Positions 7,732-17,480 of a stretch of 64,000 bases of DNA are shown one piece after another. Under the pieces are notes generated by a model. The model worked only from the letters and a program-made list of their open reading frames with translations. It ran no database searches and had not been told where the DNA came from. Position 1 is the first letter of the stretch, and each line of letters begins with the position of its first letter. A program made the translations under genes and the position numbers. This DNA is from an uncultured Bacteroidales bacterium (GTDB taxonomy: Bacteria > Bacteroidota > Bacteroidia > Bacteroidales > JAGOPY01), in NCBI GenBank assembly GCA_964371595.1, contig CAYJNJ010000004.1, forward strand, positions 15,594 to 79,593. The letters are read 5' to 3'.

Positions 7732-10700
7732 TCAGGGATTTAAGATATTTAGCGTACCTCCCGGCTGGACGATAATACTTGCTCCCGTACCGACAGTCAT
7801 ATTGTAGCAACTGACCACCTGGGCAGCTGAAATCACCGGGAATATATCAGGATTGGAGACCGGATCCGCAGGAATGATAACCTTTATGGTTGCATCCGGA
7901 ACAAGTCCTTTGTCCCAGTTACCTGGATTGTTCCAATCGGAGTCAACACTTCCTGTCCAGGTGTATGGGGTATACCCGATCGATACATCATCAATAGCTA
8001 CAGGAGGCTGGAGTCCAGTGTTGTCATCATTTACCCAAGAAAATACCACCCTTTTGCTACTGCCGGTGAGTGTCCCTGAAAGATCAATACTGACTTCAGT
8101 CCATGCACCCTGCAGATTGTAAGTTAACCCAACCTGGCCGGCAAGAAGCTCTGTTCCAGAGGTTGGTGAAGTTGTAGGATCCACAACATAGGCCTTCAGA
8201 TAATCCCAGAAGGTTGGATCAACTCCCTCACCCTGACCTTTCCACCAGAATTTGAGGGTATAACCTCCTAGTCCACCGGTAAAGGAAATATCCCGGTAAA
8301 TATGTACAATACTTGGTGCATCAATATTATAAGCGTTTGTTACACCGCCGTCATCTGAAATATATGCAGATTGCGTTCCATTGTGAGCTGTTGCGGTTCC
8401 TACTTCCCATTTGTTAGGTTGCGCACCATTAACAACTGTCCAGTTATCAGGCCAGGTTTCAAAAGTTTCTGTAAACGGAACCGCTGCCGGCAATTGGCCA
8501 GTTGTAAAGGTAACTGGTCCGGACCATAAGCTCATACTGGTTTTTGGCAGGCATTCATGTACGATGAGACCACCGGTCATTAAAGGGTTCCACCAGGCCA
8601 GAAGGGGTGAACCCGGAGGAGGCGACAAAGGTATTTGTTCAATCAGAATATTCTCTCCCCAAATATCAATGGAGACCCATTCAGGATTGTAATCAGGAAT
8701 GATGAAATAGAGTTCAATCCATTGCGCAGGTCCTGGCACGATTATTCCTGGTCCGTTAACCGGTGACCTGTGGATAAATGCTTCATCTGTCGCTGTAGGG
8801 AATCCTGGTCCGTCCCAGGCTGTATCACTCCAGTTGATGACATAGCTAAGCATTCCCGGATCAGCTCCATTTAATGACTGTATCCAGAAGCCCATCCTGA
8901 TTTTTTTCATACGTGAGGTATCGACAGGATCGTTATAGAACCAGATATTCCACCAATCAAATCCGCCCGGTGCCTGGTCATAAAGCCACCATACTCCGTC
9001 TTCACCAGTTTCATCAAAAGTACCACCGCTTAAAGGCGGGACAAGATTACCAGGGGCATCCATTGCCATCCAGAAATTATCAACCTTTGGGGTTTCAAAA
9101 CCACAATCCGTCCTTACATAATATCCATAGGGGGTATTAGGCTCGAGATCTGAGACGGAATATGGCGAGCTGACACCTGACACTACCTGGCCATCAAACG
9201 GGTCGGATCCCGGTCCGAAAAAGACATCGAAAAATGAATCAATCGGTGGCCCGCTCCAGTTCAATGTAGCTGATGATGTAGTAATATTTGATGTAAAAAG
9301 GTCTGTTGGGGCAGGGCAGGCGACCGTTTCCTGTACCTTGAAATTATCGAATGCAAGATCATAATCACCAGAAATCCAGTTCCCTACAATTTTGATTTTA
9401 ATATTCTCACCTGGATAGGATGATAAATCATAAAGCTTACTCTGCCAACCTGCAGTACCATCATTCGTTACAGTTTCAATTACTGTATAAGTTGCCCCAT
9501 AATCTGTTGAAATGGAGATGACATAATTACCTGATCCCAAAGCAGGAGGGTCATACGGTGATGAGTAATTGGCCAATTTAAAATCAAATGTCAATTCCAT
9601 TGCACCTATGACCGGGCCAATATTTACTGTGGTAAAAGTACCTGTCGCTGCCGATGACCACAGGTTTTTATAAATATTATTTCCCGGATTTCCGGTAACG
9701 CCCCTGGTTGATCCTATTGTCCACCCGGTAATGCTCCAACCGGTTGGGGTTGAGGTAGTCAGGAAACCTTCTTCATAAGGAATAGGACTAACTAATTCGG
9801 TGGTAAAAGTATTCGGGCCAATCCATAAACTCACGTCGGTATTGTCTTGACCACAATCCCTGCGGACGTACCAATCGTATGTTGTATTTGATGTTCCACC
9901 TGCCCAGGTATAAGGATTCTGGGAAGCAATCACATCATTTACAGTAGGTGTCGTTCCGGCCACAGGTATTGGATCTCCACCCGGGACAATATAAAGGTCC
10001 CAATAGGTACCGCCGGCATCTGTCCAGGCCAAATCGGCTCCAATATCGGTTTTGTTACTGATTGACTGGCTTGTAGGTGCAGGACATCCTACAAATAGCC
10101 CGTTTTCGTAAGCTCCCATACTGGGATTGGAAACGCTTCTGGTAACACTCAGGATATCAGTGGTGATCCCTGAAATTGGTGTCCCTGCTGCAAGAACTGG
10201 TGAACCAGTATTCGGTTGAAGATTGGTATTTGAGACAAACGACGGATCAGCAGCTATTGAATTTGCATCCTGGCCTGTTGCAGTTTGCCAGGCAGTAAGA
10301 TTTGCCTGTATGCCGCCAAGGTAACCCGTATTGGGATTGATCCCATCAACCTGGTAATCATTGTAATTAATAAAGGTGAATGCAGTATTAGCTGAGGCAC
10401 AATAAACCGCATACGTTTTATTTCCGGTACCGGAAACAGGCTGCATCGAGTTTTTAAAAATATTGTCCCTGATATCAAGTAAGGTAATTCCCGAATAAAT
10501 AGATAGACAGGAGCTATAACTCAGATCGGTAGAAGACAAAGTTGATCCGACCATGTTGATCGAGTTATAATAAACTTTACAATTGCCCCCGCTATATATA
10601 TAGATTCCGGTTGGATTATAATTTTGAAGGGCTGGATCTCCATCACCTTTAATGTTATGAATACAATTATTGTATATTAAAGTAGGAGTTGTGGCATCTG

Positions 10701-13700
10701 AACCGAAATAAATGCCATAGCATCCATATCCAGTAGTACCAGTGTAATAAAAATCATGGATAGTATTTTCCCTGATAGTAGTATTAGTCGAAGCTGCCAT
10801 AATATATATACCAGCCTGGTAATAGTTGGTATTGCCGGAAGGGGCGCCCATGATTTCATTGCCCTTAATCAAAGTATTATCTACATAATTTAAAACGATT
10901 CCACGGTACTGGATTGCCGAAGCGTCACTTGTGGAACCTATGATATTGTTGGTAATCTGTCCGTTGGTGGCAGGTGAGCCTGAAACACCGACAAACTGTA
11001 TCCCATACCGGGCACTGAAAATGCTGTTGTGATCGATTATTATATTATTATATCCCCCACCTGAAGCATTTAAAATAATGGCATAAGTCGAATTAGTCAC
11101 CTGGCTGCTGGCTTTAATCAGGCAATTTTTTATAGTGCAATTGCTTGCAGGATTGCCACTTAGATTAAAAACGCCGATAGCATAAGCAAGGGCAACAGTA
11201 TTGGTATTCTCCAAGGTAAGGCTTTTATCGCTGCCTCCGCTGTTGGAGCCGTCAATGATGACATAGTCGGCGCCATATAGGACGATGATTCCCGTAGCGG
11301 GAGCACCTGTAACTGTGGATGTGACCCCGGATTTTGGTTTAATGGTAACCGTATTGGTTGGACTGCTTCCGGGATTAGGATAAATAATAATGGGAAAAGT
11401 TTCTGAAGCAGAATAAGTGGCATCCCAAAGTTCAAAAGTAACCGGGGCGATGACTTCTTTTGCATTCAGATCAGTGATAGCTGCTGTTAATGTTGTATAC
11501 GTCTGTCCGACACCAACTGAATAAGTACCTGATAATGTTCCAATGATAGTATAGCTGTATGGCGTTGTAGGAGGCGTGCTGCAAGCCGGCGGATCATATG
11601 TAAAGCCGGCAGCTCCTGCAGAAGGACTGGAACCGATATTTGGCACCGGTACCACTACATCCTGGGCAACAATATAATAAGTTACAACATCCCCGGTCAC
11701 AACACCCGAACCAAATGTGAAATCATATTGACTGCCGCTGATATAGCTTGCCTGGACAGGCGTCTGAGAAACGGCATTAATATACCAGTATAATACAGGA
11801 AGACCGATACCGGCCGTTGGTACACCGCTAGCATCAGTTATTGTGACACTGAGGGTCCTGCTGCCTGTTCCGGAGGTATTTGGAAGTGGTGATAAAGTGA
11901 AGTTTGGTGGTGTTAAATCTAACGGCACACCTGTAAATTCATCTGCACCAATATCAGGGGTAGATACGTTTCTTGTATCTCCATCATAGTCAGTCGTGAT
12001 ACCGGTTACAGGAATACCACCGCTTTCTATCTGGGTGCTTATTGAGGTATTAATATGTAAGTAATTAGTATTGCTTCCAACTGTACTGACATAATTTGGA
12101 TCTTCTGAGAAGGATGCGCTTTCCCTTGGAGCTACCAGGGTTTTAAATGTGCCTATGGTTTGGTATGATGTTGTTCCATCATAAAAAATTACATGAGTTG
12201 CATCAGGGGTACCGGCATATAACAAATTATTATTTGAGGAAGATGTATAATTTGTTAATGAGGTTGAAGATCTTTGATAGGCTACAGTTAACCCGGTACC
12301 TGCCGGTGTGGATTCATTGTCGATTATATTGTCCTTAAGAGTTAATGCAGCCGTTGTAGCTGTTGTTGAAGTTGTCGCAAACAAGCCACAGGTGCTGAAG
12401 TTTGTTCCTGTTGAGATTGCGTTTAGAAAGATGGTATTGAATGAAACATTTACACTTGAAGATGATGTAGTGGTTGTGATGTTTATCCCTCTGACTGAAG
12501 GTGAAGTCGGACCTGAGGAGCTGGCCGAAGGCGCCTTGATATCACCGATCAGGTTATTATAGATATTTGCTATTCCGGCAGTACTAAGGGAATACAGTAA
12601 TAGCCCGGAAACAGTAGGTGCCCCGGTAGATGTGCTCTGGATGTTGTATACTTTATTATTAAATACATTTGGGGAGCTTAAATAATTGTATATCCCTGCA
12701 ATAGTAGTACCAGCCCCGGAAATTCCATATACCGTATTATATGACATTGTTCTTGTACCGGCTGCTGTCCAAGCATAAATCCCATAAACAATTCCGGTGC
12801 CATTATGCGTCAGTCCACTTACTGTATTATAATTAAAATTTTCGTTGGTCGGGGAAGCACCATTATAAATACCATACATTGCGCCAGTACCTGTTGTCTT
12901 TATACACGTAAGCATCGAAACTGTATTATTATTGACCGCAACAGTGGTCCCTGCACTTTGAATGCCATACATAGTGCATGAGGCACCTGTACCATCAATA
13001 CTCATGCTGGATATACTATTATTACTTACCGTCTGGTTTGTGCCTGAAGAGGTGTAAATGCCTATGGTTGTACCTCCTGTTGTACCCGTACGTGCTATAT
13101 TATCAATTGTGTTATAGTTCGCTGTAATATTAGTTGCTGAGCCCGAGCTATATATAGGGTATAATGCACCTGATCCTGTAAGTCCACTTGCGCTGTATGT
13201 CAATCCGTTAATAACATTATCATTGATATTGACATTTGCCGCCGAAGCCGTATTATAAATGCCATAAAATACACCTGATGTGGCGGTAAGATAATCACCG
13301 GTAAGTTCATTGTTGTTAATATTTACCGTGTTACTTGCTGCGGTTGATCCAATGGCATTTTCAATGAAAGCAACTTGTGAAGTTGTTCCTCCACCTTTAA
13401 TAGTTAAGTTGTTAAAAGTGATATTGGCATTGGCACTCGTGCCTGCCTGTGCATAAATACCCCTAAGTGTAGAAACATGATTTACGCCTGAGCCGTTATT
13501 ATTATTAATCGTATTGTAAGAAATATTGACTCCCCACTGATTATTAGCGCGTACTGCAGCAGCGGGATTTAGAGCTGATGTAGCGCCCCCATAATTTAAT
13601 ATCTGATTTCCGGTCGATGGATCGGTACCTCCTACATCATTCCCTGTATCGCCAAGTGTAAAGGGAGTTGTAGCAGCATATCCGTATAAAACGATACCAT

Positions 13701-14358
13701 AATTACAATTCTGAAGAACATTGCTGTAAAAACGATTATTGGAATTTGTACCCGATGCAGTAGTTGGTGTTACGGCAGTCGTTTGCGTAGTAACTAAGGC
13801 ATTTATGAGGTTAATCGCTTTTGATCCTTCTGCTGAAGGTCCGCCTCCGGAATCATTATTAACTCTACTCAATGTTATCACGCAATTAACTATTGTATTA
13901 TACTGACAACCATTGGCATCACTTGCTTTAAACATCGCATATCCATACTCCATAGTCGCAGGATTTGTAGAATTAGGATCGTAAAGATCAATCCCATCAA
14001 TTGTAACATAATCAGAGCCGACAAAATTCCAAATCCCATCCTGAATTGCGGCTGAAGGAGTATTAGTACCAACATTTGCTGTGATCAAAGGATTTGCCCC
14101 AGCCCCGCTCTTTTGAAATATAATTGGATCGCTCCCAGTACCTGTTGCGGTAAGGGAAATTGGAGCCGTAATAGATTCCGTATGCCCTGCGGCCACATTA
14201 AATGTAACTCCGCCGCTTCCCACACCGACTGCATTTAAGGCTGTAACTGCTGAAGCAATATCTGCATAATCCCCTGGGATTGACTTTGTTCCGGATAATT
14301 GTCCAAACATAAATTGGCATAAAAACACCAAACTGGCTAGTGTAATCAGTCGTCTCAT
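7732..14358 (-). CDS. Giant secreted protein (2208 aa): parallel beta-helix-like repeat region, then FN3-like and choice-of-anchor/MAM-like modules; no recognisable T9SS CTD
   Basis: It has a signal peptide (MRRLITLASLVFLCQFMFGQ). The N-terminal half is long, rich in N/T/S/G, and shows the periodic GIY..., NN.I pattern of right-handed beta-helices. CPAPT...LNWSG resembles FN3, and FTTE..PY.EGF...GW modules follow. The C-terminus is YTWTGSVDSDWNNPGNWDKGLVP...LNILNP. Confidence 0.75.
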   Translation of the reverse strand: MRRLITLASLVFLCQFMFGQLSGTKSIPGDYADIASAVTALNAVGVGSGGVTFNVAAGHTESITAPISLTATGTGSDPIIFQKSGAGANPLITANVGTNTPSAAIQDGIWNFVGSDYVTIDGIDLYDPNSTNPATMEYGYAMFKASDANGCQYNTIVNCVITLSRVNNDSGGGPSAEGSKAINLINALVTTQTTAVTPTTASGTNSNNRFYSNVLQNCNYGIVLYGYAATTPFTLGDTGNDVGGTDPSTGNQILNYGGATSALNPAAAVRANNQWGVNISYNTINNNNGSGVNHVSTLRGIYAQAGTSANANITFNNLTIKGGGTTSQVAFIENAIGSTAASNTVNINNNELTGDYLTATSGVFYGIYNTASAANVNINDNVINGLTYSASGLTGSGALYPIYSSGSATNITANYNTIDNIARTGTTGGTTIGIYTSSGTNQTVSNNSISSMSIDGTGASCTMYGIQSAGTTVAVNNNTVSMLTCIKTTGTGAMYGIYNGASPTNENFNYNTVSGLTHNGTGIVYGIYAWTAAGTRTMSYNTVYGISGAGTTIAGIYNYLSSPNVFNNKVYNIQSTSTGAPTVSGLLLYSLSTAGIANIYNNLIGDIKAPSASSSGPTSPSVRGINITTTTSSSSVNVSFNTIFLNAISTGTNFSTCGLFATTSTTATTAALTLKDNIIDNESTPAGTGLTVAYQRSSTSLTNYTSSSNNNLLYAGTPDATHVIFYDGTTSYQTIGTFKTLVAPRESASFSEDPNYVSTVGSNTNYLHINTSISTQIESGGIPVTGITTDYDGDTRNVSTPDIGADEFTGVPLDLTPPNFTLSPLPNTSGTGSRTLSVTITDASGVPTAGIGLPVLYWYINAVSQTPVQASYISGSQYDFTFGSGVVTGDVVTYYIVAQDVVVPVPNIGSSPSAGAAGFTYDPPACSTPPTTPYSYTIIGTLSGTYSVGVGQTYTTLTAAITDLNAKEVIAPVTFELWDATYSASETFPIIIYPNPGSSPTNTVTIKPKSGVTSTVTGAPATGIIVLYGADYVIIDGSNSGGSDKSLTLENTNTVALAYAIGVFNLSGNPASNCTIKNCLIKASSQVTNSTYAIILNASGGGYNNIIIDHNSIFSARYGIQFVGVSGSPATNGQITNNIIGSTSDASAIQYRGIVLNYVDNTLIKGNEIMGAPSGNTNYYQAGIYIMAASTNTTIRENTIHDFYYTGTTGYGCYGIYFGSDATTPTLIYNNCIHNIKGDGDPALQNYNPTGIYIYSGGNCKVYYNSINMVGSTLSSTDLSYSSCLSIYSGITLLDIRDNIFKNSMQPVSGTGNKTYAVYCASANTAFTFINYNDYQVDGINPNTGYLGGIQANLTAWQTATGQDANSIAADPSFVSNTNLQPNTGSPVLAAGTPISGITTDILSVTRSVSNPSMGAYENGLFVGCPAPTSQSISNKTDIGADLAWTDAGGTYWDLYIVPGGDPIPVAGTTPTVNDVIASQNPYTWAGGTSNTTYDWYVRRDCGQDNTDVSLWIGPNTFTTELVSPIPYEEGFLTTSTPTGWSITGWTIGSTRGVTGNPGNNIYKNLWSSAATGTFTTVNIGPVIGAMELTFDFKLANYSSPYDPPALGSGNYVISISTDYGATYTVIETVTNDGTAGWQSKLYDLSSYPGENIKIKIVGNWISGDYDLAFDNFKVQETVACPAPTDLFTSNITTSSATLNWSGPPIDSFFDVFFGPGSDPFDGQVVSGVSSPYSVSDLEPNTPYGYYVRTDCGFETPKVDNFWMAMDAPGNLVPPLSGGTFDETGEDGVWWLYDQAPGGFDWWNIWFYNDPVDTSRMKKIRMGFWIQSLNGADPGMLSYVINWSDTAWDGPGFPTATDEAFIHRSPVNGPGIIVPGPAQWIELYFIIPDYNPEWVSIDIWGENILIEQIPLSPPPGSPLLAWWNPLMTGGLIVHECLPKTSMSLWSGPVTFTTGQLPAAVPFTETFETWPDNWTVVNGAQPNKWEVGTATAHNGTQSAYISDDGGVTNAYNIDAPSIVHIYRDISFTGGLGGYTLKFWWKGQGEGVDPTFWDYLKAYVVDPTTSPTSGTELLAGQVGLTYNLQGAWTEVSIDLSGTLTGSSKRVVFSWVNDDNTGLQPPVAIDDVSIGYTPYTWTGSVDSDWNNPGNWDKGLVPDATIKVIIPADPVSNPDIFPVISAAQVVSCYNMTVGTGASIIVQPGGTLNILNP

Positions 14359-14534
14359 AAGTTAAGTTTTTGGTTTATTTTAAATAAAATATTTCCTAAG
14401 GCAAAAAAATGGCAAAACTTTCCCGAAACTTATGGGAATCAACTGAATGTAGCAAATCTTGGCATAAAAACAGATGGGGTTTTCATGACTTGGGCTTTTT
14501 CCACGAATATTCAAAAATAGAAAATTATTTCAAT

Positions 14535-14567
14535 ATTATTAACAATGCGCGAAATATTGTTAATAAT
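14535..14567. repeat. Perfect 12-bp inverted repeat ATTATTAACAAT-N9-ATTGTTAATAAT
   Basis: Read directly from the sequence. It lies between the stop of the AI-2E transporter gene (14605) and the start of the giant gene (14358). Confidence 0.85.
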
Positions 14568-14604
14568 TTATAAAGATTTCATTTTGAGATAAATTTCAAA
14601 CGGA

Positions 14605-15615
14605 TTACGGTTGTGAAGGCTCCTCCGGGGGTGATGTATCGGACTGCTGAAGGTCCCTGCCCAATCGTATTAAAACCATCGTAAGCGGCACCCCCAGCAC
14701 GGTTCCGGGCATCCCAAGTATCCAACCCCATACCAGCAAAGAAAGGAAGGTGGTAAGCAGTGAAATATTCAGGCCCTCTTTCATGAAAATCGGCCTTACG
14801 ACATTCTCCACGAGGGCATTGATCAGCCAGAATCCCAGGATCACCACCAGCACCTGCCATCCGCCAAGCATGAGCAAGGCAATCAATGCAGGAGGGATTA
14901 TCGATAACAGGAAACCAATGTTCGGGACAAAACTCATCAAAAAAGATAAAAACGCCCACAAAAAAGGAAAATCAACGCCAAGGATCACAAGGAGGATAAA
15001 ATTAGCTACACCAGTGATCACACCGGTAAATGCAGTGATGTTAACGTATTTCCGCAGGTCCTTGCTGATACCCCTCAGCCATTGAAGGTGGATGACCTCT
15101 TCCCGCTTTCCATTGCGCGTATCGGAATAATATCCGACCAGCTCAATGATCATGAAGACTAAAAGCATGACGATTATAAATGATGAACTTAACAGTTTCG
15201 TCAATCCGCCTAAGATCTTACCCGAGATGGAAACCACTTTTTCAGGACTGATACTGAATTTTTTGACCAGGTCCGGAATATTCAGGTTCTGGCTTTCCGC
15301 AAACTCCTCAAAGTTGGCGTATATTTCCCTGAAGCGTTGTTCATACTCCGGGATGCTGTCGATCAGACTGGCAATCGAAGAAGCCAGGAGGGCTGTCACC
15401 AGGAAACTCACGATGAGGACCACTATAATTGAGATCAGTATCGCCAGGCCTTTCGGCATCCCCTTTTTGATCAGCCATTCAGGCATGGGCGTAATGCAGA
15501 GGGCAAATAAATACGCCAGCAGGATCTGGTTGATTATCCCCGCCCCGTATTTCATCCCGGCAATGATGATCACAACAGCCGCGGCACTGATAAGATACTG
15601 GTGGATTGGTTTCAT
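14605..15615 (-). CDS. AI-2E family transporter (PerM/YhhT-like permease)
   Basis: 336 aa with multiple TM helices. The layout and C-terminal conserved region (FVPNIG...IPPALIAL...VENVVRPIFM) are typical of the family. Confidence 0.75.
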   Translation of the reverse strand: MKPIHQYLISAAAVVIIIAGMKYGAGIINQILLAYLFALCITPMPEWLIKKGMPKGLAILISIIVVLIVSFLVTALLASSIASLIDSIPEYEQRFREIYANFEEFAESQNLNIPDLVKKFSISPEKVVSISGKILGGLTKLLSSSFIIVMLLVFMIIELVGYYSDTRNGKREEVIHLQWLRGISKDLRKYVNITAFTGVITGVANFILLVILGVDFPFLWAFLSFLMSFVPNIGFLLSIIPPALIALLMLGGWQVLVVILGFWLINALVENVVRPIFMKEGLNISLLTTFLSLLVWGWILGMPGTVLGVPLTMVLIRLGRDLQQSDTSPPEEPSQP

Positions 15616-15673
15616 GGCATTTCAGGATTAAAATGAAATGCTAAGATAAAATAATATTTAATTTGATAAATTT

Positions 15674-15697
15674 TGCTCCGACGGGTAAATCCGTCGG
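15674..15697. repeat. 24-nt hairpin unit TGCTCCGACGGGTAAATCCGTCGG, copy 1
   Basis: The stem CCGACGG/CCGTCGG encloses the loop GTAAAT. It is identical to 18510-18533. Confidence 0.9.
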
Positions 15698-15716
15698 ATA
15701 TCAAACTTTCCTGGTT

Positions 15717-16574
15717 TTACCTGTCAGCGTCCGCAGGACCTGACAGGGTTAAAGCGACAAGTTCCTTCCACAGCTTCTCCTCCGGCACCGGAGCCGTGAC
15801 TTTGATCATTTCTTTACTTACGGGATGGATGAATTCGATATACCGCGAATGAAGGCTGATCGACCCGTCGGGATTGGAGCGCGGCGCCCCGTATTTCAGG
15901 TCGCCTTTGATCGGGCTGCCGATGGCGGCAAGCTGCGCCCTGATCTGGTGATGGCGGCCGGTAAGAAGTTCAACCTCGAGAAGGTCATAACGGTCGCCGG
16001 AAGCAATTTTCCTGTACCTGAGCTCCGCCTTCTGCCGGCCTTCTCCCGGGGTATCGTAAGCATATGACTTATTCTGCTTTTCGTTCCGCGTAAGAAAATG
16101 CGTTAGGTGGAGCCATTCAGAAGTTGGACAATTGGACAATTGGACAATTGGACAAATTAACCTACCTTTTGTGTCCAACTGTCCAACTGTCAACTGTCCA
16201 ACTAAAGCCCAGTAAACCTTCCTTACCTCCCTGCCCTTAAACATCTCATTCATCCTTGCCAGCGCCTTGCTGGTGCGTGCAAAAATGACGGCGCCGCTCA
16301 CCGGCCGGTCGAGGCGGTGCACCACGCCAAGGAAAACCGCCCCCGGCTTATTGTACTTTTCTTTAATGTATAGCTTGAGTGTCTCAACCAAAGGCTCGTC
16401 GCCGGTCTTGTCACCCTGCACGATCTCACCCGGCCGCTTGTTTACTATCAGCAGGTGGTTGTCTTCGAATAGCACAACCTCACCCCCTTTGACCCCCTGC
16501 CCCCTATTCCCCCTCTCCAATATGGAGAGGGGGACAGGGGGTGAGGTCTTTGGACTAATACTGCTCCCTCTCAT
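15717..16574 (-). CDS. RluA-family RNA pseudouridine synthase carrying an internal in-frame hairpin-repeat insertion
   Basis: It has the HRLDRPVSG catalytic motif and [25 protein letters not shown]. The first 33 codons of the long ORF translate the GC-rich palindrome, so the true start may be GTG at 16475. Residues encoded by 16122-16203 are repeat-derived. Confidence 0.8.
   Translation of the reverse strand: MRGSSISPKTSPPVPLSILERGNRGQGVKGGEVVLFEDNHLLIVNKRPGEIVQGDKTGDEPLVETLKLYIKEKYNKPGAVFLGVVHRLDRPVSGAVIFARTSKALARMNEMFKGREVRKVYWALVGQLTVGQLDTKGRLICPIVQLSNCPTSEWLHLTHFLTRNEKQNKSYAYDTPGEGRQKAELRYRKIASGDRYDLLEVELLTGRHHQIRAQLAAIGSPIKGDLKYGAPRSNPDGSISLHSRYIEFIHPVSKEMIKVTAPVPEEKLWKELVALTLSGPADADR
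16122..16203. repeat. Intragenic hairpin of TTGGACAAT words inside the RluA-family CDS
   Basis: The left arm AGTTGGACAATTGGACAATTGGACAATTGGACAAA is followed by loop TTAACCTACCTTTT and right arm GTGTCCAACTGTCCAACTGTCAACTGTCCAACT. The reading frame stays open. Confidence 0.85.
16478..16546. repeat. 69-bp GC-rich palindromic element, copy 2 (inverse orientation)
   Basis: Its reverse complement (CCTCACCCCCTGTCCCCCTCTCCATATTGGAGAGGGGGAATAGGGGGCAGGGGGTCAAAGGGGGTGAGG) matches 1166-1234 at roughly 60 of 69 positions. It fills the gap between the panB stop (16555) and the probable rluA-family start. Confidence 0.9.
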
Positions 16575-17373
16575 TCGGAAAATCCTGTGCTTTCACATCG
16601 TTGATGTAAGCATGTACCGAGCCTTTGATCTCGTCGGCGAGGTTATGGTAACGACGCAGGAAGCGTGGGGAGAATTTCGTATTGATGCCAAGCATATCGT
16701 GCAGCACCAGCACCTGGCCGTCGACCTGGGGACCGGCGCCAATGCCTATGGTCGGGATCTTTACGCTTTCAGTTACTTCTTTAGCCAGCCTGGCAGGGAT
16801 CTTCTCCAGGACGAGTGCAAAACAACCGGCCTGCTCGAGCAATTCGGCGTCCCTCTTAAGCTTGGAGGCTTCAGCATCTTCTGTGGCCCTCACAACATAG
16901 GTCCCGAACTTGTTGATGGACTGCGGGGTCAGCCCCAGGTGGCCCATCACCGGGATACCGGCGGAAAGTATGCGGTCGATCGATTCCAGGACCTCTTTCC
17001 CTCCTTCCATCTTCACGGCGTTGGCGCCCGATTCTTTCATGATCCGGATCGCCGAGTTCAGCGCTTCCTTGGAATTGCCCTGGTAGGTGCCGAAGGGCAG
17101 GTCGACAACCACGAGGGCCCGCCGCACCGCACGCATCACCGAAGAAGCGTGATAGATCATCTGGTCAAGGGTGATAGGGAGGGTGGTGCTGTGGCCGGCC
17201 ATCACATTGGAAGCCGAATCACCGACAAGGATCACATCGATCCCGGCTTCGTCAAGAAGGGTTGCAAAAGAAAAGTCGTATGCAGTCAGCATGGCGATCT
17301 TCTCCCCTTTCAGCTTCATTTCCTGCAATACATGGGTCGTTATCTTGGCATATTTTCTTGAGTCTGGTAGCAT
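16555..17373 (-). CDS. panB: 3-methyl-2-oxobutanoate hydroxymethyltransferase PanB
   Basis: 272 aa. [22 protein letters not shown] and VKMEGG are typical PanB motifs. Confidence 0.9.
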   Translation of the reverse strand: MLPDSRKYAKITTHVLQEMKLKGEKIAMLTAYDFSFATLLDEAGIDVILVGDSASNVMAGHSTTLPITLDQMIYHASSVMRAVRRALVVVDLPFGTYQGNSKEALNSAIRIMKESGANAVKMEGGKEVLESIDRILSAGIPVMGHLGLTPQSINKFGTYVVRATEDAEASKLKRDAELLEQAGCFALVLEKIPARLAKEVTESVKIPTIGIGAGPQVDGQVLVLHDMLGINTKFSPRFLRRYHNLADEIKGSVHAYINDVKAQDFPNEREQY

Positions 17374-17402
17374 AAAAATGATTTTTCAGCGTTAGAAGTA
17401 TG

Positions 17403-17410
17403 CAAAGTTA
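17403..17410 (-). promoter_or_regulatory. -7 promoter box TAACTTTG (TAnnTTTG) upstream of panB
   Basis: It is an exact match to the Bacteroidota sigma-A -7 consensus, 30 nt upstream of the panB ATG. Confidence 0.45.
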
Positions 17411-17455
17411 ACAACAATTAATTCTATCCTATTGCTAAAATATTGGTTAATAAGC

Positions 17456-17463
17456 TAATTTTG
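17456..17463 (+). promoter_or_regulatory. -7 promoter box TAATTTTG upstream of 17481 gene
   Basis: TAnnTTTG match ending 18 nt before the ATG. Confidence 0.45.
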
Positions 17464-17480
17464 CGGCCTATTCTAATTCT

